A stretch of DNA of 55,089 bases, taken from positions 1-55,089 of the forward strand of contig JBAXGH010000006.1 in assembly GCA_037139515.1 (NCBI GenBank), in the 5' to 3' direction. A program made the position numbers and the translations under genes. Below the pieces are notes generated by a model. It was not told where the DNA came from and ran no database searches. It saw only the letters and a list, made by a program, of their open reading frames with translations. Below, in pieces: positions 47,969-55,089 of the stretch. Source of the stretch: a bacterium (GTDB taxonomy: Bacteria > Patescibacteriota > Patescibacteriia > JBAXGH01). Position 1 is the first letter of the stretch, and every line of letters begins with the position of its first letter.

Positions 47969-49362
47969 CGGGCACGAACCTGTGACAGAATATTTTCGAT
48001 GTCATGAACCAGACGTTCATTTGAAGTTAATTCGAGTTTTATCTTGTCGCAGGCATGCATTGCGGTAGTGTGATCGCGGCCGCCAAGCTCACGTCCGATA
48101 TTTGGGAAAGAAGATTTTAATTCTTCTCTCATCAAATACATGGTGATTTGGCGAGGAAACGCTAAACGCTTCTCCCGGCTTGCTCCAAGAAGTTCTTCTA
48201 ATTTGATGTCGAAATAACGAGCTACAGTCTCGATAAGTATGCGCGCCGAAACAAACTTTTGATTGCTTGGGCCATTGAAGCTTGAGAGCAGTGGGCGCAC
48301 CGAGCTTGTGGTTGGAGCAATATTCTGGAGTTGATGATGCGCGTAAATCTTATTCAGCGCACCTTCAAGCTCACGAACGTTTGATTGAACGAGCTTGGCA
48401 ATTTCAAGCAAAATTTCCGGTGCCAACGAATAACCCTTTTCATTACACTTGGTTTGAAGAATCGCGACGCGGGTTTCAAGATCCGGAGTCAGAACATCGG
48501 CAAGCATGCCGCACTCAAAACGTGATTTTAGGCGGTCCTCAAGGTCGATGATGGCGCGAGGAGGACGGTCAGAAGTCAAAACAATCTGGCGGTTTTGCTG
48601 GTGAAGGGCGTTAAAGGTGTGGAAAAATTCCTCCTGAGTCTCCTTCTTCCCGGCCATGAATTGAATATCGTCGATGAGAAGCAGATCGACATTCCGGTAG
48701 AGGTCTTTAAAGTCTTTTGCCCGACCGGTACGTACGGCATTAATGAAATCATTAGTGAAACGCTCGCAGGTTACATAAAGAACTCGCGTCTTTTCATTGC
48801 GTTTAATCATTTCGTGGCCGATTGCCTGCAAAAGATGGGTTTTACCAAGCCCTACTCCTCCATATAAGAAGAGCGGATTGTACGCGGTACCCGGTTTAGT
48901 TGAAACGGCCTGGGCGGCGGCATGGGCTAACTCATTGCCTTTGCCGACAATAAAGGCCGTAAAAATATATTTTGGATTCAGTCCATTCGTGGTCGGAGCG
49001 AAGTCCTGAGTTGGGGGAACGATTGAATTATTATTTACGGTACGGTTCTGAGTAAATTGAACCGGAGCAGCTTGTGGCGGGGCCGGTGGAAGGATTGGTT
49101 CCGGTGGGCGCTGATGAGTTTCTACTTTGTACTGAACAGAACGGATCGGTTCCGGAGAAAGATCCTGAAGAAGAGTTAAAATCGTTTTATGATACTTTTT
49201 TTCAATCCAAGATTTATAAAAAGTACTCGGGATCGCTACGATTACTTCCCCGTTCTGAAACGAGTAGATGAAAGTTGAGCGAAACCAGGTAGTAAAATTG
49301 GCTTTCGACAACTGAAGCTCGAGTTCGCTCAAAACCGCGGTCCAAAGTTCTTGAGTATTCAT
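47965..49362 (-). CDS. dnaA: Chromosomal replication initiator DnaA
   Basis: YNPLFLYGGVGLGKTHL, LLIDDIQF, RELEGAL, GGRDHTT. Confidence 0.99.
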   Translation of the reverse strand: MNTQELWTAVLSELELQLSKANFTTWFRSTFIYSFQNGEVIVAIPSTFYKSWIEKKYHKTILTLLQDLSPEPIRSVQYKVETHQRPPEPILPPAPPQAAPVQFTQNRTVNNNSIVPPTQDFAPTTNGLNPKYIFTAFIVGKGNELAHAAAQAVSTKPGTAYNPLFLYGGVGLGKTHLLQAIGHEMIKRNEKTRVLYVTCERFTNDFINAVRTGRAKDFKDLYRNVDLLLIDDIQFMAGKKETQEEFFHTFNALHQQNRQIVLTSDRPPRAIIDLEDRLKSRFECGMLADVLTPDLETRVAILQTKCNEKGYSLAPEILLEIAKLVQSNVRELEGALNKIYAHHQLQNIAPTTSSVRPLLSSFNGPSNQKFVSARILIETVARYFDIKLEELLGASREKRLAFPRQITMYLMREELKSSFPNIGRELGGRDHTTAMHACDKIKLELTSNERLVHDIENILSQVRAR

Positions 49363-49615
49363 AATATTGACTGAAGAAAACTGATGATAGCAGAAACTTC
49401 TCTATTTTGGTAAAAACTTATCCAATTCAGCTGTGTATCTAGACTAATTTAGTCAATGCTGGTATGCTAGCACGACAATTTTACAAGGAGTACGCGCCTG
49501 ACGTGGACACTGTGTGGAGACGGTGTGCAGGTCCTGTGCAAAACTCAATCACGTGCAGTATAAACAGGCCGAAACGATAGCGCAAGGCCTACCAAACTGC
49601 CGGTCTAAAAAATAT

Positions 49616-49768
49616 ATGCCATTACGCACATATCAGCCGAAGAAGAAGCACCGTTCCCGCATTCATGGTTTCTTGAAGCGCATGAAGTCAAAGGATGGAG
49701 TCAAAGTTCTCGCCCGTCGTCGCGCTAAGGGACGTAAGCGCTTGGTTTTGCAGAAGTACAAGAAGTAG
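49616..49768 (+). CDS. rpmH: 50S ribosomal protein L34
   Basis: RTYQP...HGFLKRM...[10 protein letters not shown]. Confidence 0.97.
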   Translation: MPLRTYQPKKKHRSRIHGFLKRMKSKDGVKVLARRRAKGRKRLVLQKYKK

Positions 49769-49835
49769 CTTGTAATCAACGAATCCCGCAAGGGATTTTT
49801 TGAATCTCAGCCAAAATAGAGTAACCTAGTCAAAT

Positions 49836-50183
49836 ATGCTGACCGAGAAAAATAGACTTCGCCACAAAAAAGACTTCGAATCTATTTTCGGCCATGGGCT
49901 TAAAGCTTACGGCAATGGTTTAGGTTTGCGTTTCGGAAAGCGCTATAAGCCCGAGGCTCCGGTTAGAATTGGGTTTATGGTTGGTACGAAGGTTTCTAAG
50001 GAAGCTGTTGTTAGAAATAAGCTCAAGCGCCGCATGCGTGAAGTGGCTCGTGAAATCGTCATGCAGTTACCTCCTGGCTTGGATTTAGTCTTTATCGCTT
50101 TCCCCGAAGCTCGTGATTATAAGATTGAGCAAGTTCGTGAGCAGATGGTTGGCGTTTTGAAAAAAGCAAAATTACTCCCATAG
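49836..50183 (+). CDS. rnpA: Ribonuclease P protein component
   Basis: RIGF...KV...AVVRNKLKRRMRE. Confidence 0.95.
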   Translation: MLTEKNRLRHKKDFESIFGHGLKAYGNGLGLRFGKRYKPEAPVRIGFMVGTKVSKEAVVRNKLKRRMREVAREIVMQLPPGLDLVFIAFPEARDYKIEQVREQMVGVLKKAKLLP

Positions 50184-50185
50184 TT

Positions 50186-50434
50186 ATGCTAAGAGTTTTG
50201 CTTCTTTTTTTCATAAAAGTTTATCAGAAGGTGTTTTCGCCTGATCACGGCATTCCGAAATATCTTTACCCGCACGGATATTGTAAATATACGCCCAGCT
50301 GTTCTGAATACGCGAAAATCGCGATTTCTAAGCACGGAGTGATAAATGGAGGCATTTTAGCCTGTAAGAGGCTTTTACATTGCAATCCTTTCTCAAAGGG
50401 CGGAATTGATGATGTTCCGGAAAAGCTAAAGTAG
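50186..50434 (+). CDS. yidD: Membrane protein insertion efficiency factor
   Basis: CKYTPSCSEYA...RLLHCNPFSKGGID. Confidence 0.93.
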   Translation: MLRVLLLFFIKVYQKVFSPDHGIPKYLYPHGYCKYTPSCSEYAKIAISKHGVINGGILACKRLLHCNPFSKGGIDDVPEKLK

Positions 50435-50698
50435 TCTCCCTTGGGCTTCTTTAAGTTTATTCTGTATTTCAAGAAGGCTTAGATTCTCAATTTCGAGAAT
50501 TTTTTGTTTGATGTTTGCGCCGTGAACTATATTTATTGAAGATTGCGTGATTTTTAAAGTCTTTGAGAGAAAACTGATGAGTTCTTCGTTCGCCCGACCG
50601 TCGATTGGCGGGGCCGCAATTCGAATAATGAGCGGATCTGTGGACATGATCTCGTTCTGCTTCGCTTGCGGTCGTATTTTTACGCTAATTTTAGACAT
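50426..50698 (-). CDS. DUF167/YggU family protein
   Basis: IAAPPIDGRANEELISFLS. Confidence 0.88.
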   Translation of the reverse strand: MSKISVKIRPQAKQNEIMSTDPLIIRIAAPPIDGRANEELISFLSKTLKITQSSINIVHGANIKQKILEIENLSLLEIQNKLKEAQGRLL

Positions 50699-50717
50699 GA
50701 AGTTCAATTTTTAGAAG

Positions 50718-50762
50718 TTATCCCCAAAACTGTGGATAAACATGGGGATAAGCATGTGGAAC
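50718..50762. promoter_or_regulatory. DnaA box cluster
   Basis: TTATCCCCA, TGTGGATAA, TGGGGATAA, TGTGGAACG in tandem. Confidence 0.7.
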
Positions 50763-50798
50763 GAATATCGAAAAGGCACCAGCTTGGTGCCTTTTCCT

Positions 50799-52079
50799 TT
50801 ATTTAACCATCAACTTCTTGAGAGCTTCGATGGTCTTACGGTTACGCAAGACTATCTTCTCATGTTCTCGGAACTGTGGAGAGTGAACACGCTCTTTCAT
50901 TTCCGGCTTTTCGTATTCTTTGGAAATTTTATCGAGTTCAACTTCAAGCTCTTCTTCGGTAACCTCGGTCTTCAGCTCATTTGAGCATTTTCCAAGTACC
51001 AGCGCGACTTTCACCCGTCGCAAAGCCTGTGGTTCGAAATCCTTCATTAAATCGTTTGGGGTCTTCTTCAAATCGCGAAGATAGTCGGCAAAAGTTATGC
51101 CACGATCTTCGATTGAGTGCTCCAGTTCGTGGAACATCGCTTCCCCTTCGCTCTTTACAAGCAATTCCGGAATTTCAGAGAAAACAGATTGATCGGCAAG
51201 TTTTTCGAGCATTTCAACCTCGGTTGCGCGGCGGTTTTCTTCCTCGGTCTCTTCTTTCATGTTGCCGAAAATAGTTTCGCGAACCTTGGCGGCATTTTCA
51301 GCGCCCAGCGATTTTGCGAACTCATCATTGAATTCCGGAAGCGTCATCTCGAAAACGCCTTTCATGGTCAAGTCGTATTCGATTTCGGCGCCAGCGATTT
51401 GTTTTTGATAGTGGTTATCAGGGAATTTTAGGGTGAAATTCTTCTTTTCCCCTTCTTTTAACCCAAGAATCTGCTCTTTGAAGCCAGGAATATAGTGATT
51501 TTCTTCCATGTAAATAGTGTGGTCTTTAGCCTGACCGCCTTCAATCGGAACATGCTCGCGCTTCATGGCAAAATCAACAACAGCTTTGTCTTTTTCGGTG
51601 ACGCCGCGCTCAACACGGACTTCTTTGGCCTGCATTCGGCGAAGTTCTTTGATAGCATCTTCGATTTTACTCTCCGGCACCTCATTTGATTTCGCCTCCA
51701 CTTTAATTTTTGAGTAGTCAGCGAGTTTTTCTACCGTAGGCATGAGCGCGAGAGTCGCGGTATAGATGAGCGGATTTCCCGGAGCCGACTTCTCTACTCT
51801 GATATCCGGAGCACCGACGGTTTCGAGTTTCTCGGTTGTGATGGCTTCAACCAAAGACTTGCGAACTGCTGGTTCGAGAGCTGCTTCGAGCAGTTTCATC
51901 TCACCGATTTTTTCTTTGACCATTTCAAGCGGCGCGTGACCTTTGCGAAAACCGGCGACGGCAAAGTCCTTAGCAGCTGCTTTAGCCGCATTCTCGATGT
52001 GATCATCAAGTTCATCTATATCGATGGTGATAGTCAGCTTCACTGAAAGCTTGGGTAGATTTTCGCGAGTATAGGTCAT
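50799..52079 (-). CDS. tig: Trigger factor
   Basis: GFRKGHAP ribosome-binding motif; YIPGFKEQILG FKBP domain. Confidence 0.95.
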   Translation of the reverse strand: MTYTRENLPKLSVKLTITIDIDELDDHIENAAKAAAKDFAVAGFRKGHAPLEMVKEKIGEMKLLEAALEPAVRKSLVEAITTEKLETVGAPDIRVEKSAPGNPLIYTATLALMPTVEKLADYSKIKVEAKSNEVPESKIEDAIKELRRMQAKEVRVERGVTEKDKAVVDFAMKREHVPIEGGQAKDHTIYMEENHYIPGFKEQILGLKEGEKKNFTLKFPDNHYQKQIAGAEIEYDLTMKGVFEMTLPEFNDEFAKSLGAENAAKVRETIFGNMKEETEEENRRATEVEMLEKLADQSVFSEIPELLVKSEGEAMFHELEHSIEDRGITFADYLRDLKKTPNDLMKDFEPQALRRVKVALVLGKCSNELKTEVTEEELEVELDKISKEYEKPEMKERVHSPQFREHEKIVLRNRKTIEALKKLMVK

Positions 52080-52188
52080 GGGAGTAGGGATTAGAGCTTA
52101 GAGATTAGAGCTTAGAGATGCCTGGGAAACACAGGAATAATAAAAAAAATCGCGCCCGAAGTCAATGCTTGGGCGCGTACCGTCGGGT

Positions 52189-53031
52189 CTATGGCGGAAG
52201 TACTGCGTTCAGGATCCGGAACACTTCCCGGACCCAGCTGATGATGAGGTCAGCCCGGTTCGTGCTTCCGAAGAAGTCGAGTCTGAGCTTTCCGGTCGGC
52301 GAGATGTTCATGACGTGGGGCGATTGCCGCGGGTCATGGGCAAAACCTTCGGTTGTGGCCGACTCGTAGAAGCCTTGGAAGTTCCCGTACTGTTCGGGCA
52401 CCGGACGGCGCCCGGTGATGTTCTTCAGCGCTTCCCAGAATTGGCCACGATGCGCACTTGCCCCGACTGCGAGCGATTGAACGTGGTCACGCATGGCATC
52501 GGAGGCTCGAATCGCAGTTTCGATGTCGGGCATGGCGATTTCAATACAGGTAGTCGAAGTGCGAATCGCTTGCCTCAGGTTCCGCGGATCATTTCGCAGA
52601 GCCAGCCTTTCATATGCCTCGGTTTTCAAGAATTCCGTAGGCATTTGCGCTTCAGTAATCTCTTGATAGACGAGATTGCGCTTCATCTTGCGGAGCGCAA
52701 ACATCGCCTGCTCACTGCCGTTTCGCAGGCCGGAGTCAAACGGGCCGATCTGATTGCGCTTGAAGAACTGGGTTCGATGGCTTAGCTGAAAGGCGGTGAG
52801 TCCGAGTCCCCAGCCAACATAGTCGGTGGTTCCGCGCAGAATCTCGCGAACCGTCTCCAGGAACTTTGGTCCTTCCGGCACCAGACCCCTTTCCGGGTCC
52901 ATAATGAAGGACCGTCCGCGAACACAGAAATATCCCGGCTCATGATCTCCAAAGCGAAACTTGCTGCGAAACTCTTCTGGTGAAACGTGCGCATCAACTG
53001 CCACGCAAACTGCCTGTGTCTCAATCTCCAT
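52189..53031 (-). CDS. Hypothetical protein
   Basis: GGAGG RBS; flanked by a promoter-like region and a terminator hairpin (~52143-52177). Confidence 0.65.
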   Translation of the reverse strand: MEIETQAVCVAVDAHVSPEEFRSKFRFGDHEPGYFCVRGRSFIMDPERGLVPEGPKFLETVREILRGTTDYVGWGLGLTAFQLSHRTQFFKRNQIGPFDSGLRNGSEQAMFALRKMKRNLVYQEITEAQMPTEFLKTEAYERLALRNDPRNLRQAIRTSTTCIEIAMPDIETAIRASDAMRDHVQSLAVGASAHRGQFWEALKNITGRRPVPEQYGNFQGFYESATTEGFAHDPRQSPHVMNISPTGKLRLDFFGSTNRADLIISWVREVFRILNAVLPP

Positions 53032-53392
53032 AGGCACCTCCGACGCCGTAAGCGCAAAAGTGTGTGGGTTGCGTGAAAACTAAAAAGGACGATGCGTAAA
53101 ACTAGCGCAAAAAAAGAAAAAAGTCAACTGAGGTCGAGAAACATCGGCAAAAAGCCTTTTATTTATGCTAATACATTTCGGCGCTACAGAAAGTGAGGAC
53201 CTATCCGCTCGCCGGGCAAAGGTACGGCTTATTGCCCGGCGACGAATAGGCTCCTTACACTTTCTACTACTTTATGAAACAGGCTTAGGAAGATTCAGGC
53301 ATTTTGAGACAGAAGTTTCCGACCACAAAGTGTGAGCCGGGAAAATAAAACAACAAAAACAGAGCCCTTGAAGGCTCTGTTTTTTTATCTGC

Positions 53393-55089
53393 TTATTTGA
53401 GGATGAAAGGAATGATGATGAGGGCGACGATGTTCAAAATCTTGATCATCGGGTTGATGGCTGGACCCGCGGTATCCTTGTAAGGATCGCCGACGGTGTC
53501 ACCTGTAACTGCGGCCTGGTGAGTGAAAGAACCCTTGCCGCCGAAGTGACCCTGTTCGATATATTTCTTAGCGTTGTCCCAAGCACCGCCACCGGTCGTC
53601 ATCGAAATCGCGACGAAGAGTCCGGTTACGATCGAGCCGACGAGGAGACCACCCAAAGCTTCAACTCCCAAGAGTGAACCGACCAAGATTGGCATGACGA
53701 TAGGGATGAGAGCCGGAAAAACCATTTTCTTCAAAGCGGCGGTCGCGACAATATCGACAGCTTTGCCGTATTCCGGGCGCCCCGTGCCATCCATGATTCC
53801 TTTGATTTCGCGGAACTGGCGACGAACTTCTTCAACCACCTTCCCGGCAGTTTCGCCGACAGCTTCCATACAGAGCGCGGCAAAGAAGTAAGGGAGAAGA
53901 CCGCCGAGGAACAAACCGATGATAACTTTTGGTTCTGAGAGTGAGAAGGTGAAGTTACGTCCGTAGTCAGCGAGCTCTTGAGTGTAGGCTGAGAAGAGAA
54001 CCAGAACCGCGAGTCCGGCCGAACCGATAGCGTAGCCTTTCGTAACAGCCTTCGTGGTGTTACCAACGGCGTCGAGCGGATCGGTTACATCGCGAACATC
54101 TTTTGGAAGATCAGACATCTCGGCGATACCACCGGCGTTGTCAGTAATCGGACCGTAAGCATCAACCGTCACGATAATTCCCATGAGCGAAAGCATCGAC
54201 ATGGCGGCGAGAGCGATGCCGTAAAGACCAAAAGCCTGGAAAGCGACGAAGATACCGGCGGCAATCACGATGACCGGAAGAGCTGTGGCCTTCATTGAAA
54301 GCGCGAGACCGGCAATTACGTTGGTGCCATGACCAGTCTGTGAGGCTTCGGCGAGGTGTTTGATTGGAGAGTATTTGGTTGAAGTGTAGTAGTCGGTGAT
54401 GAAGATCATGAGGGCGGTCACGGCCAGGCCGACGAGCTCAGCAATGAAAATGCCAGAGAGCTGTTCCGGGGTGACGGTATTTTTCAGGAAGTAGCTCGTG
54501 AGCGGGTAAAGCGCTGCGGCTGAGAGTACGCCGGCACCAATCAGGCCCTTGTAGAGAGCTCCCATGATATTTTTACCAGCACCGAGACGGATGAAGAAGG
54601 TTCCGAGAATCGAAGTAACTATGCCGATGGCGCCGATCGCAAGCGGGAATAAGACGAGCGGAGACTTGGCTCCGAAGGTCAGTGCGCCGAGAATCATGGC
54701 AGCAATCGCGGTCACGGCGTAGGTTTCGAAAATATCAGCAGCCATACCGGCAGTGTCGCCGACATTATCTCCAACCAAATCAGCGATAACTGAAGGGTTG
54801 CGTGGATCATCTTCCGGAATTCCAGCTTCAACTTTACCAACTAAATCAGCACCGACATCAGCGGCTTTGGTAAAAATACCACCTCCGAGACGGGCGAAGA
54901 CTGAGATGAGTGAGCCACCGAATCCGAGTCCGATAAGAGCATCAACGCTTCCGGTCACAGCATAGAAGCCGGCGACGCCGGCGAGTGCGAGTGCAACGAC
55001 GAAGAGGCCGGTGATGGTTCCGGATTTCACGGCGACATCAAAAGCTTTGGCGAGCCCACCTTTTGCGGCTTCAGCGGTGCGCACATTGG
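53393..55089 (-). CDS. hppA: Membrane-bound pyrophosphatase, K+-independent type (5' truncated by the window)
   Basis: [31 protein letters not shown] (Lys marks K+-independent H+-PPases), [10 protein letters not shown]. Confidence 0.96.
   Translation of the reverse strand, partial: NVRTAEAAKGGLAKAFDVAVKSGTITGLFVVALALAGVAGFYAVTGSVDALIGLGFGGSLISVFARLGGGIFTKAADVGADLVGKVEAGIPEDDPRNPSVIADLVGDNVGDTAGMAADIFETYAVTAIAAMILGALTFGAKSPLVLFPLAIGAIGIVTSILGTFFIRLGAGKNIMGALYKGLIGAGVLSAAALYPLTSYFLKNTVTPEQLSGIFIAELVGLAVTALMIFITDYYTSTKYSPIKHLAEASQTGHGTNVIAGLALSMKATALPVIVIAAGIFVAFQAFGLYGIALAAMSMLSLMGIIVTVDAYGPITDNAGGIAEMSDLPKDVRDVTDPLDAVGNTTKAVTKGYAIGSAGLAVLVLFSAYTQELADYGRNFTFSLSEPKVIIGLFLGGLLPYFFAALCMEAVGETAGKVVEEVRRQFREIKGIMDGTGRPEYGKAVDIVATAALKKMVFPALIPIVMPILVGSLLGVEALGGLLVGSIVTGLFVAISMTTGGGAWDNAKKYIEQGHFGGKGSFTHQAAVTGDTVGDPYKDTAGPAINPMIKILNIVALIIIPFILK

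Noticed and set aside
52165-52785. 206-aa plus-strand ORF
   Set aside because: Antisense to a longer ORF with an RBS and terminator

Overview
A 55 kb chromosomal window, probably from a Patescibacteria/CPR (Parcubacteria-like) bacterium. The taxonomy is inferred from gene content; the genetic code is 11. There are three zones. (1) 1167-14928: a ~13.8 kb integrative element in the 3' end of tRNA-His(GTG), bounded by GGGTGCC direct repeats. It carries a type I R-M set with a half-size HsdS, a controller HTH, a non-retron reverse transcriptase fused to helical and putative HTH domains, a primase-ATPase and a large serine recombinase whose C-terminus is predicted to be swapped on excision. (2) ~24800-33800: an accessory region beside tmRNA that is rich in non-coding, structured sequence. 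It holds a promoter- and terminator-bounded ~830 nt candidate RNA, two different tandem-duplicated RNA motifs with compensatory base changes (one coupled each time to a paralogous ~70 aa protein), small ORFs, and a recurring palindrome that separates the modules. This is the best candidate for an undescribed system. (3) Housekeeping genes: typA, lgt, rpsO, pnp, lspA, comM-like, dnaN-oriC-dnaA, rpmH-rnpA-yidD, tig and hppA, plus further candidate ncRNAs. All calls are by eye; no searches or folding programs were run.
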